Shown: positions 31,817 through 44,600 of the stretch, in pieces
Layout of the letters: each line of letters opens with the position of its first letter
Numbering within the stretch: position 1 is the stretch's first letter
Source of the DNA: Balanoglossus misakiensis
Taxonomy: Eukaryota > Animalia > Hemichordata
Direction: 5' to 3'
DNA: 64,000 nucleotides
Assembly (NCBI GenBank): GCA_040954595.2
Contig: CM082579.2
Span: forward strand, 12,711,834-12,775,833
Translations under genes and position numbers: made by a program
Notes under the pieces: generated by a model
Told to the model about the DNA's origin: nothing
Databases searched by the model: none
What the model saw: only the letters and a program-made list of their open reading frames with translations

Positions 31817-34800
31817 CCCAACAACCCATAACCTATGGCCTCAACGCTTCCACGGAGGGCGATCGCAACTGTAATATTGACGTGCCATCGCCATCATCTG
31901 AATCGGTAACACTTGATGTCAATACACATTGTGCAGATGTGTATACAACGACTATACCAACTCCAACTGATGATGGTACACATTGCGCAGATGTGACCAA
32001 CTCAACAGTGGAAGAGACAAAATCGTCAAAGACCAGTATGGCAACATCCGAAGCTAATGACATGCCTATGGTTGTCATTAACCAACTTGTGTCCAGTTCA
32101 ATGTATAGCATCCCAGCAAAAATTGGAGACCAGTCCGCTACCGCTATCATCGATACCGCCGCAGAAGTCACTATTATCTCTGACCAACTGTACAACAGTC
32201 TGCGAGTAAAACCTCCAATATTGCGGGAAGTTACCATGCAAACAGCTGGAAGACAGTTAACCATGAAAGCCAACCTGGTCGGACCCGTTGACATCCAGCT
32301 AGGACGTGCCGTCTTCAATGCCGATATATACGTAGCCCCAATAGGCGACGAAATGCTACTGGGAGTTGATTTCCTACAAGCAAATGGAGCAACCATCAAC
32401 ATGAGTAACAACTGGCTCCATTTGGGGGAGGAAAACATACCTATGACCCTTGGACAGAGGGATCATTCACCAAAAGTGGCAAAGGTACTCTGAAGCGACG
32501 GACAATCATCCCACCGAATAGTGTGGTCAGAATATCCTGTTTACTCGATACGGATCTAACCGACTATTTGGTAGAACCAACCCAGGGATTGAAAGTAATG
32601 ATGCCCAGGACACTTCACTCGGGGGAACAATCACCTAAGGTTTGTTTAGTCAACCCGACGGAGAATTATATAACTCTGAACAGCAAGGATCCTATCGCAT
32701 CAGCTACAGAAGTGGAGGTGATCACCGTCCCATCACCTGACAACCAACAGAGGACTGAAGTACGCCCTCAGCCGGTAGGCGGGCTACCTTCACATTTAGG
32801 AAATCTGTTTGAAAGATCCTGCAGTCATCTTCAAGCAGATGAACAAACCCAACTACATAAACTTCTGTTCGATTACGAAGATGTTTTCGCCAAGGACGAA
32901 TTTGATCTGGGAAATTTCACTGCAATCACACATAGCGTCGACACGAAAGACAATCCACCAATAAAGCAACGGCTACGGCGCACTCCAATGTGTTTTGCAG
33001 GGGAAGAAGAAGCCCACTTAAAGAAAATGCTGAATGCCGGAGTTATAAGGCCATCAATCTCCGAATGGGCTTCGGCACCAGTTCTAGTGCGAAAACGAGA
33101 TGCAAGCGTGCGTTGGTGTGTGGATTATCGAGCCCTAAACAACATCACCGTAAAGGACGTTTTTCCGCTGCCATTGGTGGAGGATTGTATGGACACTCTA
33201 TCAGGATGTCTATGGTTCTCCAAGTTGGACGCCAACTCGGCATACTGGCAGATAAGTATTAATCCACCCGACTGCAAGAAAACGGCTTTCACCACCAAAT
33301 ACGGTTTGTACGAATTTACCCGAATGCCGTTTGGTCTGTGCAACGCACCTGCTACTTTCTCCAGAGTGATGAACCTAGTACTAAGGGGCCTAACTTGGGA
33401 CATCGTACTGGCATTTCTGGATGATATAATGGTGCTCGGATCAAGCTTCGAAGAACACCTTAAAAATCTCCGGGAAGTCTTCAAACGACTACGGAAGTAC
33501 CAACTGAAACTCAAGCCAAGAAAGTGTGAGTTATTCCAACAGGAAGTAAGTTTCCTGGGTAGGAAAGTTGGTAGAAACAGAATATCTCTTGAAGATCAAT
33601 CTATTCGGATGATCCAAGAATGGCCAATCCCTATCAACACGAAGGACGTGGAAAAATTTGCAGGATTTGCGAACTACCATCGCGCCTTCATCAATGATTA
33701 TGCCAAGTTAGCGGTACCTCTGTACAGTGTAACCGGGAAGAAACCATTCGCCTGGGGGTATGAGCAACATCAAGCTTTTGAGGACATCAAGAAAGCACTC
33801 ACCGCTGCCCCTGTTCTGACCTTGCCCAATACAAAGGATAACTTCATTCTAGACACGGATGCCTCAGACTTTGCCATCGGAGCTGAGTTATCCCAGATAC
33901 AGAACGGCAAGGAGAGGACAATTTCTTATGGAAGTTATGCCCTGACCCCTGAACAGAGACGGTACTGCACCACAAGAAAAGAATTGCTGGCAGTCGTAAG
34001 GTTCACCCGGCAGTTTCGATACTACTTGCTTGGTAATAAATTTCTGGTACGGACAGATCATCACAGTTTGCTATGGCTAATACGATTCAAAGAACCACAA
34101 GGCCAATTAGCTCGCTGGCTAGAAGAACTAAGCCAGTACAACTTTACTGTGCAACACCGACCAGGAAAACAACACATCAACGCCGACGCCCTGTCAAGAT
34201 TACCCGAGCAAAGTGCCTGCACCAATTTTGAGCATGGAACAAAATTGGAATCCTTACCTTGCGGGGGATGCAACTATTGCAGCAGAGCACATCGAAACTG
34301 GAGCCCGTTCATCAATGAGGTGGATGATGTAATTCCCCTTACCATGGCTGAACCCAGAAGCGAACACGGGAACAGCCAACTCCACCAAACCGAAGGGCCA
34401 TATGGGGTGAACCAATGTACCGGTATCATGGACCCACAAATACAACCAGCAATTCAAGATGAAGAGACCTGGCCATGGGACCCTGGAGGTAACTTGGGTC
34501 TATTAACTTGCTGCGGAATCACCCGTGACACAGTCCAGGACGAACTAATCGACGTGCCTCATTCGAACCTCGAAATTTCCCACTTTCCGGATCCTGTACA
34601 AGTCTGCATACTATCCAGAGAGGATTCCACTAAACTGGGAACAGCCATCCTAGGATATTCTCACAAAGAATACCAACAGGCACAGCAGACTGATAAAACA
34701 CTGGGGATTCTCATCACATGGCTTGAAACTGGGAAAGTTCCTGAGGAAGGAGAGCTGAGACTCTCCAGCCCTGCAGCAAAGAATTATTGGATCAACCGTG

Positions 34801-36173
34801 ACCTATACTTCATTGAGGAGGGAGTACTGTGGAGAAAGTCGGCCACAGATGAAAACACCAAACAACTAGTCATCCCTAATACCATGAAAAATGAAGTTAT
34901 ACGGTTGAATCATGATATTCCATCTTGTGGGCACCAGGGAATACAGCGCACTCAAGCCAGAATCAGGACCAAATACCATTGGTATAGGATGTCCCACGAC
35001 ATCCGCAAGTATGTCACAATGTGTGCAATTTGCAATCACAACAAGAAAGCACACAGACACCACCGACATCAGCTGACCCTATTTCATGCGGGGGCAGCGA
35101 TGGAACGAGTTCACTTGGATTTCCTAGGGCCGTTACCCAAGACACCTCGGGGTAATGAGTATATCCTGGTAATGGTAGATCAATTCACCAAGTGGGTAGA
35201 ATGTATACCGCTGCCAACACAAAATGCTGAGGAAACAGCACACGCCGCAGTAGCTGAATTCTTTACCAGGTTCGGGTATCCATTTGAAATTCACACTGAC
35301 CAGGGAAGAAACTTTGAAAGTCAGTTATTTTCAGCGATTTGTGAGATTCTTCATATCCATAAAACAAGAACCACTTCTTACAGACCATCTGCTAATGGCC
35401 AGGCGGAACGGCAGAATCGCACTTTGATGAACGCAATCAGATGCTACATCAAGTCACAGAAAGAATGGGATAAATTTCTCTCACAGATCGCCGGAGCTCT
35501 CCGCTCTTCAGTCAACCGCAGCACTGGTTTTACGCCCAACCGGATGATGTTAGGTAGGGAAATAAACCAGCCCGCTGATCTTGTATTCCGGCCTCCCAGG
35601 ACAAACACTGACCAATCTCATGAGGGGTATGTGTACGAATTGGAGGAGGCCATAATGAATTCTCATGAGACAGCGCGGGAAATACTGAAGACCACGCAAG
35701 AAAGAATGAAACGTGATTACGACCTCCGAGTGAACAAGCAGTCCTTCAAGGTCGGGGATCCAGTATATCTGTTGGATACCGGATCCACGAAAGGCAAATG
35801 CCGAAAACTGTGCCCACCTTGGAAAGGACCAGGGGTCATCATCACCAAAATCACACCCTATCTCTTCCGCATCAAATTGCGAAGAGAGGTTTGGACCGCC
35901 CATCACGATCGGCTAAAGCTTTGCCAGGATAAAGAGCTTCCTCGCTGGATAGTAACCTTTAGGAAGACCTTACTTAAGGACAGCGCAGGAATGGGTGAAG
36001 TATATTGCCTTTGCAGGAAACCTGATGATGGGAAACTTATGATCCAGTGTGATTATTGCTATGAATGGTTTCATGGAGCGTGTGTGAATGTTACACCAAC
36101 CGAAATTAAGAAAAAAGCACTGTTTTCTTGTCCCAACTGCAAACCAAGCGAAATAAGCACAGTTTCAGTGTAA
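31729..36173 (+). pseudogene. pol: Pol copy 2, frameshifted just after the protease
   Basis: aaggtactctgaag (~32487) vs aaggtaactttgaag in copy 1: a 1-bp loss gives a stop at 32493. The rest (32523-36173) is open, with K>N and V>M changes. Confidence 0.9.
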
Positions 36174-36208
36174 CCTCATCATGTCTCTTATTCTTTCTTG
36201 TACAGATC

Positions 36209-39079
36209 ATGGACTCCCAGCGGTATCGCGGGGGACCTCGCCCTAAGAAGCAGCATATGACCTGGCAAGAAGTGGTGGAGGCAGACCGGAAACGGATTCT
36301 GCTTCCACCACTCGACCTCACCTACGGCATCGGGCTGGCCAAGGTCACGCTCCCTGAAAAGGAGAGGATGCTGTTACGCCAGTATCAACTAGCATCTCGG
36401 AGAGGCCATTGGCATTGGGTGGAGACTACACGCCGCGAAGCCGATGTGATCTTCTCCGAGGAATGGCTGTACAAGCATCTTCTCCATCGGGATCCGCATA
36501 AGAACAGGATCCCGCAACGGAAGTCCCGTCCCAGCAGTACCGTCACGTCTGGACCCTGCCGTGATGTTCGCCTACAGACGCAGCCCGATCTCCCGACTGT
36601 CAAGCACCTGCTGAAGAAGTCGGGGGAGACGGTTGTAGTAGAAGACACCATGCAAGGCAGGGACCCAGTCACCTCCATCGCCTCAACATCGCGGGCATCC
36701 TCACCCCGAAGAACATCGACACAACCATCTTCTGCAGCGCCCCGTGAATTGTACTCAGCAGTAGCTGCGCGGCGACCCCTGGCAGAGCCACGGAGAAGTA
36801 CCCCCCGTGAGCCACCACGAAAGACATCAAGTACAGCAGTGCTGTACAGTACCGCAGTAGCTGCGCGGCGACCCCTGGCAGAGCCACGGAGAAGTACCCC
36901 CCGTGAGCCACCACGAAAGACATCAAGCCAGCCACGGAGAGGAACGCAGAAGATGGCGGCCACTAAACCAAAGAAGCGAGAGCGGGGTGAGGAATCTCGT
37001 TTGGAGGTGACCATACAGCGTGACGGGAAGCGGCGGCGACGCTCCGTTGTATGGATGGCACAGGAGCCGAAGGGGGTGCCGAAGTCAAAGACCACCACGA
37101 CTGCGGCGACCAATTCCTGTAGGGGTAGAAGAAGCAGAATATCTACCAACAGCCGCTCATGTACCTGCCCTATTCCAGGATGTGGGCAGACCTCCAAACG
37201 TCTCAAACGGCACTGCTTCTTCTACCATATCGACCCCCGTCTACAGGAAAACCCCCTTATCATGCAGACAGCTGATGTTACTCATGCCCTGCTGAAGCTG
37301 GCGGGCTGGGTTTTGGGCCCCAGAGGAACTGTGACCAAGCTGCTGGAGTACTTCCTGCAACATCACTTGGAAGAAGTCCCAGCATCCTCTGCGCTCACCG
37401 AAGCCAACTGTCTGATGATGAAGCGACTGTGCCAGACCAGCGGATGGGCCGTACCACGACGATTCTCGCTGCACCCACCGAATTCACCAGCCGTCCTGCT
37501 GCATTGGAGGATTCTCGTCATCCTCCTTTCGCACCTGACTGAGGAGCAGCGGGAAGCCTTCCAACCCGTGGTACCCCCAAGGGAGCATGGTGAGTCCCGG
37601 TCTCCCACCCCAGTGGCGGAGATCACCTCGCATTCACCATGTCATCCGATGCCGGAACTGGAAGGCCCCGAGGCAGAGCACGGAGATCCTCAGTCACCTA
37701 CCCTTACGGGGGAGACTGTCTCCTGCTCGCCAAGTGCAGACCAGGAAATGGTAACAGAGAATCCTGAGGCAGATCACGGCGAGCCGCGGTCACCTACCCC
37801 TAGGGGGGAGACTGGCTCCTGTGTCGACCAGGAAATGGTTTCCGAAAATGAAGGTGAGTTCCAATCTCCAACTCATGCGAGGGAGATCACATATTCACCT
37901 GTAGCCTCAGGAAATAGTCCGATCCATGTGGAGGACGCACACCAAGACTTGGCAATGATTATAGGTATGGGAGAAATGGAACAACCTGTTGAATCCGTGA
38001 TACAGGACTCCACGTCCCAGGGAATCTCATGGGGTGATCAAGTAGAGAAAGAAATTCCATTAGACTGTACTGAAAGGATCCCACAGGCTGAGCAACCTGT
38101 TGATCACGTGATACAGGACTCAGTCCCGATCCCACCATCAGAAATTGAGCTCCCGGTTGAATACGTGATACTGGACTCAATTACAATAGAATCCCAAGCT
38201 GACCAACCTATTGAGCAAGAGTTACAGGGGACAGCACAGGATTATCTACAATCAGACAGTCTATTGGAAGCCATGGATTCCCACTTTCATCTTGACCGAA
38301 CACTGGCTCGATTTCGCGGTAGGGACTGCCCTGCAACATCAGTAGCTTTGGTTAACTGGCATAATGGCCCAAGGGCGAATTTTCCTGTCAACATCATTGG
38401 GGGCGTCGAGGTCTTTTGCGATCCGGAGTACTACCCCATGGATTTGAACCGGCCCAAAGGTTGGAGTATCGCCATCGGGATCCATCCAAGGAAAGCTCCA
38501 AGAGCCGACGAAAGGACCTTTAAAGCCCTCAAGCGGTTTGTCACGAGCACACAGGTAGCCGCCCTTGGGGAGGTGGGTCTCGACCGCACAGAGCCAAGTA
38601 AATACTGGAGCGCCCAAGACAGGGTTCTCTCTCGAGCACTTGCCATGTGTGTGCCTGAGAAACCCTTAGTCCTGCACATTAGAGGGCCATATGGGGACCA
38701 GTATGGGTCAGATGTGCATTGCCAAGCATTGCAATTAGTACAGGAATGGTGTTCGCCACGGCAGAAAATACATATCCACAATTTTACTGGTACGGTCAAC
38801 ACTGTTCAAAGGTGGTCGAAGCGCTTCAAGAATTGTTACTTCGGTTTCTCCATCACGACCACCAAATTTGACCGTTGCCAGATTCGAGCTTTGAAGGAGG
38901 TGCCCATCGAGCGTCTGTTAATCGAAACAGATTCGCCGTATCTTGGGGGCCCTCGTGATGTAACCAGTACTCCAGCTCTTATAGGGGATGTGGCCGTGGC
39001 TGTTGCTAACTCAAGGGGGACTGATCTAGTGCACCTTCTTGAAGCAACTGTCCGTAACACCAGACGTCTATATCACTAG
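36209..39079 (+). CDS. ORF3 with C-terminal TatD domain (copy 2)
   Basis: Protein identical to copy 1. Confidence 0.88.
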   Translation: MDSQRYRGGPRPKKQHMTWQEVVEADRKRILLPPLDLTYGIGLAKVTLPEKERMLLRQYQLASRRGHWHWVETTRREADVIFSEEWLYKHLLHRDPHKNRIPQRKSRPSSTVTSGPCRDVRLQTQPDLPTVKHLLKKSGETVVVEDTMQGRDPVTSIASTSRASSPRRTSTQPSSAAPRELYSAVAARRPLAEPRRSTPREPPRKTSSTAVLYSTAVAARRPLAEPRRSTPREPPRKTSSQPRRGTQKMAATKPKKRERGEESRLEVTIQRDGKRRRRSVVWMAQEPKGVPKSKTTTTAATNSCRGRRSRISTNSRSCTCPIPGCGQTSKRLKRHCFFYHIDPRLQENPLIMQTADVTHALLKLAGWVLGPRGTVTKLLEYFLQHHLEEVPASSALTEANCLMMKRLCQTSGWAVPRRFSLHPPNSPAVLLHWRILVILLSHLTEEQREAFQPVVPPREHGESRSPTPVAEITSHSPCHPMPELEGPEAEHGDPQSPTLTGETVSCSPSADQEMVTENPEADHGEPRSPTPRGETGSCVDQEMVSENEGEFQSPTHAREITYSPVASGNSPIHVEDAHQDLAMIIGMGEMEQPVESVIQDSTSQGISWGDQVEKEIPLDCTERIPQAEQPVDHVIQDSVPIPPSEIELPVEYVILDSITIESQADQPIEQELQGTAQDYLQSDSLLEAMDSHFHLDRTLARFRGRDCPATSVALVNWHNGPRANFPVNIIGGVEVFCDPEYYPMDLNRPKGWSIAIGIHPRKAPRADERTFKALKRFVTSTQVAALGEVGLDRTEPSKYWSAQDRVLSRALAMCVPEKPLVLHIRGPYGDQYGSDVHCQALQLVQEWCSPRQKIHIHNFTGTVNTVQRWSKRFKNCYFGFSITTTKFDRCQIRALKEVPIERLLIETDSPYLGGPRDVTSTPALIGDVAVAVANSRGTDLVHLLEATVRNTRRLYH

Positions 39080-39201
39080 GGATCAATCTCGCCAAGACCA
39101 TGAGGTTGGCAGATTGCAGGGGTGGGAAAAATACGTTAACTTCTCTAGCCTTTTGAGATCCCTAGGTTGACCATCCTGCCAAAAAAGAAAAGTGGGAAGA
39201 G

Positions 39202-39455
39202 TGTAGTAATTTGTGGGCTTCTGGCCGTTGGTGGCGCCCTGCTGTACAGGTGGGACGCCTCTGACGTAATTGCACTACGGAATGCCCTGCACCTGTGCTA
39301 CTGGTTTTTACCCACGTTTCTCAACTATCAGAACCAGAACGACCCGGACCAGCAGCAGAGCAACACGCGGACTGACGACCAGCCGAAACCTCTGTGGCCC
39401 GGAATATAAAGACAACCCGTAGTACCTACCAGGTTAGTAACCGGTATCTACTACA
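39202..39455 (+). repeat. LTR-A, 3' copy
   Basis: Follows the PPT and ends TACTACA, joined directly to the HINE microsatellite catacatacagacgc. Confidence 0.95.
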
Positions 39456-40016
39456 CATACATACAGACGCAACCGATCCCATAAGGTCCCATGGTATATA
39501 TGCCTATACCAATGGGACCTAAAAATATGATCATTGTCAACAGACTATTATGTACCTCTTACATATTGTGTCATATCTGTTTCATATCTCAATTATGTAT
39601 CATATCTACGTCACATCTACTTTCGATGACCAGACAAAAATACAAATTTTACACCTTACCTGATAATGATTGACGATATTGTCAAGTCGTTGCCTCAAAA
39701 GCTGACCCCTCTCTATGATGTACGATTTGGTATTCTTCATATACCAGTACATGTGTGTTTTGATGGAGGCCCCTGAAAATATAGATAAAAAGAAGGCAAA
39801 GAATAAAACTATTGTTTTCATTCTTACAAAGTTAATGCCTCTTATTGAAAAGTGATAAAACATGTTACAGAGATGAGAATACATTACAGTTGGTGTTATT
39901 TACACTTCAACTCAGTTTACAGAAGAGGTGGCAGTAGGAAAACGATTTATGACAGTGGGAAATTCATGCTAGGCCTATTTTTGGTCAGTGTGTTGTCGAG
40001 AACGTTTTCTTGCATC

Positions 40017-41504
40017 TGTAACATAATGATATTTTGGCCCATCCGGACGTGGGGGGCGCTAATTAATGACACACCTGGTACACCTGGGTACACTCTTTGC
40101 GCCAATAGAACTGCCGTATTCATCCGCACCACAGTATTTAAGTCTGGTGTGAAGGGTCGGGGGGAAGTCTTCCTGGGGCAGCAGCGGAGCTGAACGGAAT
40201 TTCTGTGAGTGCTTCCCGACTTCGGACATTGCCAGCGGAGCTGAACTGAATTGTGTGAGTGCTTTCTGAATTCGGACATTGGCAGCGGAACTGAACGGAA
40301 TTTCTGTGAGTGCTTCCCGACTTCGGACATTGCCAGCGGAGCTGAACTGAATTGTGTGAGTGCTTTCTGAATTCGGACATTGGCAGCGGAACTGAACAGA
40401 ATTTCTGTGAGTGCTTCCCGACTTCGGACATTGCCAGCGGAGCTGAACTGAATTGTGTGAGTGCTTTCTGAATTCGGACATTGGCAGCGGAACTGAACGG
40501 AATTTCTGTGAGTGCTTCCCGACTTCGGACATTGCCAGCGGAGCTGAACTGAATTGTGTGAGTGCTTTCTGAATTCGGACATTGCCAGCGGAACTGAACG
40601 GAATTTCTGTGAGTGCTTCCCGACTTCGGACATTGCCAGCGGAGCTGAACTGAATTGTGTGAGTGCTTTCTGAATTCGGACATTGGCAGCGGAACTGAAC
40701 GGAATTTCTGTGAGTGCTTCCCGACTTCGGACATTGCCAGCGGAGCTGAACTGAATTGTGTGAGTGCTTTCTGAATTCGGACATTGGCAGCGGAACTGAA
40801 CGGAATTTCTGTGAGTGCTTCCCGACTTCGGACATTGCCAGCGGAACTGAACGAAATTTTTTGTGAGTGCTTCGTGAATTCGAACTGCCAGCAGAACGGA
40901 ACGTAATTGTCAATTGTGTTTGTCTTTCATATTTTTTGGACAACTTTATTTGGATAGATTTAAGGACGTCAGCAGAACTGAACGTTGACCGTTAATTATC
41001 AATTGTGTTTGTCTTTCATATTTTTTTGACAACTTTATTTGGATAGAATTAAGGACGTCAGCAGAACTGAACGTTGACCGTTAATTATCAATTGTGTTTG
41101 TCTTTCATATTTTTTGACAACGTTATTTGGATAGATTTAATGACGTCAGCAGCACTGAACGTTGACCGTTAATTATCAATTGTGTTTGTCTTTCATATTT
41201 TTTGACAACGTTATTTGGATAGATTTAATTACGTCAGCAGAACTGAACGTGGACCATTAATTAGCAATTGTGTTTGTCCTTCATATTTTTTGACAACTTT
41301 ATTTGGATAGATTTAATGACGTAATATATCTTCATAAGAAGAAAAACCTATCGTGTATTGTCTTTTCTGCTTTCTGCCCCCCACCCACCTATAATTCATA
41401 TGTACCGGAAAATTGTCAATCACCGAACCCCAGACTGACTGCCCGTAGAAATATTTTATGTTTTCATGCTCATTCCAACGTTAGCCGGAACGAAAGTGGC
41501 TACA
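40017..41504 (+). repeat. 5' LTR-B (1,488 bp) with a ~50/51-bp array (13 units + 1 degenerate) and an ~88-bp array (5 units)
   Basis: Units counted on the ggacatt and caattgtgtttgtc anchors. Confidence 0.92.
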
Positions 41505-41637
41505 TAAATGGCGCCCAACGTGGGGCCTTGGGGTCGGTAATACTTTGTGTTGGTTGGCTATGTATGTGTGGTGTGTCGGGAAATTGGGCAGAATAAGGCA
41601 GAGAATTTTTGTACAATTCTGATTTTTGATATTCGAT

Positions 41638-44600
41638 ATGGCAACGCATTTAGATATTGACAGTATTTTGAAGGAGGAGATGGCTACCCCTAATACCGGA
41701 ACTATTCCTCGACGCCGAGAACTTTCACAGTCAGTGGGTGGAATACGACAGGCCAGAGGTCGTGGTGCATTCCGTTCTCCAGTAACTCCACCAGAAGACA
41801 GGATGCAACCCTTGCAGAATTTGTTGGAAGCAGAGAAAGCCACAAAAGCCAGACTGGATGATTTCCAGCAGACATTACGGCAGAGAGAAATCGAAATCGA
41901 GAGAATGAAACTGCTGCTTAGAAGACAACAAGAATTGAAAGAGGAGGAAGACAATATTAGAGCTGAACTACAAGGTGGGTCAGTGTGTGGAAATGAAGCC
42001 CTAATTGATATGTCAGTCAATCAACAGAAAACTACCACTAGAAGAAGAGACAGTCATGGTTTTGCAGTTAATAACACAAGTGGTGCTGTGCCAATATCCC
42101 CAAGTGGTGCTGTGCCGTTGGCTCTGTATCAACCTCCAAGGCTGTCCACCTTTTCTGGAGATGCTGACCGGAAAACTGATGCTGATTTCGAGTTGTGGAA
42201 GTACGAAGTGGAGTGTTTGCTGCAAGATCAAACCCACAGCCCCAGAGCAGTTGTACAGGCAGTGCGCAAGTCGTTGCGAGGATCTGCAAGCCGGTTAGTA
42301 ATGAATTTGGATCAAAATGCAACTTTGGATCACATTTTACACAAATTAGACACCAGTTTTGGGGAAATTGAGTCCGGAGCTATGCTGTTGGAGAGATTTT
42401 ATCGGAATAACCGACAGAGAGATGATGAGAGTGTGTCACGGTATGCGAATCGATTAGAAGGGGAAATTCATGCAGTCCGAAGACGAGGTGGTATAACACA
42501 GGGGGCAATAGAAGAAACCTTGAAAACGGTATTTTGGAGAGGATTGCAATCCGATCGTATATTTGATGTTCTGCGCCCAGAAATTAGTCGAAACACTAAC
42601 TTTGAACAGCTGATTCACCTAGCCCGGAATGTGGAGCAAGAAGCCAAAGAAAGAACCAATGACAATAGAGGGAAGGTAGCAGTCAGAGGCAGAACTCAAC
42701 TGATGACACCAACTGTTGAGGAGGTGAAGGGTACGGGACAAACAGACAGCTAAGACCGTCCAGATGGCTGTGAAGGAAATCCATGATCTTACAGAGGTGG
42801 TCAGAAGGCAAGCGGAAAGTATGAAGCACCTGGAAGATGAACTGCGACAAACTAAACAACAGTGGGATGAATTGAGAACCTCAGTTGGAATGTCGTCGCG
42901 GCCTGTGGTGTCTGGAACCTGTCCGGTAAGAAAATCCCAGAGAGATTTATCACAACCCTCATCCTTGAATTCCATAGTCTGTTACAATTGCAGAGAGCAG
43001 GGACATTTTGCCCAGAACTGCCCAAAACCCAAGAACGTTGAAAACCGATCCTGTTACAACTGTGGAGAAGTGGGACATTTGGCCAGGCAGTGTAGACAGA
43101 GACGTGTCGAAACACCCAAAACCTCGTCCAGATTGAACATGTGCAAGTTACACAAAGCTCGTGTTGGAAGAAAACCAATCCAGATTCAACCGAAGCGAGT
43201 TGGACTTATTGGTGGAGCCATGGAAGGAACTGTATTGGTGGAAGGGAAAGACGTGACATGTTTGATTGACACAGGGTCCCAAGTTACTACTATTGGTTCG
43301 GACTTCTACCACGAATGGTTATCCGACTGACCAATCCAGTCAACAGAAGATGCGCTTGAGATCAAAGGTGCCAATGATCAACCCATACCTTTTCTTGGTA
43401 TCGTAGAAGTGGGGATGTCATTTCCAATTGAAGTTTTCGGAGATAACAGTGAGTACTCTATTCCTGCCTTAGTAGTGCCAACAACGGAGTATAATACAAA
43501 CGTACCAATATTAATAGGAACCAACCTACTAGAGCTGTTGCCGAGGGGGTTCTTTGATTCCAAGCATCAGAAAGGGGTACGGGCGATGAGAATATCTGCA
43601 ATAGGAAAAGGAGTATTTAAAAAACTTGAGGCCAGAGACAGATTTGTTGGACCGAAAGGGGACCTGGGATGTATCAAAGCATTACTACGCTATCCGATGA
43701 AGTTGGAACCTGGATGTATGACAACGATTTGGGGCCGTGCTAGAAAAGGACCCACTGGTGATCAGTATGTAGTTGCGGTAGAGCCCACTGGTGAGATGAC
43801 AGGCCAGTTTACCACGAGTCCGGCAGTTGCTGTCCTGAAGTGCCAACAGACGAAATCAAAGGTACCTATCCGTGTACAAAATGTTTTAAGTTCCCCAGTA
43901 ATCATTCGACCAGGTGAAGTGGTAGCTCGAGCGTATGCCGTCACCTGGCTTGGACGTCCCGATGAACGACCACAAGACAGTAATCTGCAAAGTGATGTAG
44001 ACCAACCCACAATTCCACATGAAGTGAAACCACCAGAAGCACGGAAGATTACCTTAGGGGATGGTGTGGAATTCGATATGTCTGACTCGCCAACCAGTGA
44101 ATCCCAGCTACAACAAGTTCGTGACCTCCTGCAGCGGAAACTTACTGCATTTTCATTACATGAAAATGATCTGGGGTATTGTTCGGTGGAGAAGCATCGC
44201 ATACGGTTAACAGATGACCAGCCTATCAAAGAAAGATACAGACAGATACCGCCAGCTATGTACGAAGAAGTCCGACAAGTTATAAAAGGGATGTTGGAAA
44301 GTGGTGTCATCAGAGAATCGTATAGTCCATGGGCAGCGCTGATAGTGTTGGTGCAGAAGAAAGATGGACATACCAGATTGTGTATAGATTATAGGAAACT
44401 CAACGCTCGTACCATCCGAGATTCGTATGCATTACCAAGAATTGACGAAAGTCTTGATGCACTAGGAGGCGCAAAATGGTTTTCGTCCCTAGATTTGAAG
44501 TCCGGATATTGGCAAATAGGTATGGCAGAGGAAGACATAGAGAAAACAGCATTTGTTACTCCTGTTGGATTCTGGGAATGTACCACTATGCCTATGGGTT

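Larger units (their letters stand above)
18643..39455 (+). mobile_element. Ty3/Gypsy LTR retrotransposon A, tandem dimer: [5'-truncated internal]-LTR-[internal]-LTR
   Basis: 18643-28964 repeats at 29135-39455 (period 10,492/10,491). gag-pol-ORF3 occurs twice; pol order PR-RT-RH-IN; LTRs TGTAGTA...TACTACA. Confidence 0.95.

Noticed and set aside
40184-40900. Regular ~50-bp repeats (also 18270-18644 and 47955-48770) as a CRISPR array
   Set aside because: No unique spacers and no cas genes; the units are contiguous tandem repeats inside LTRs of a eukaryotic element.
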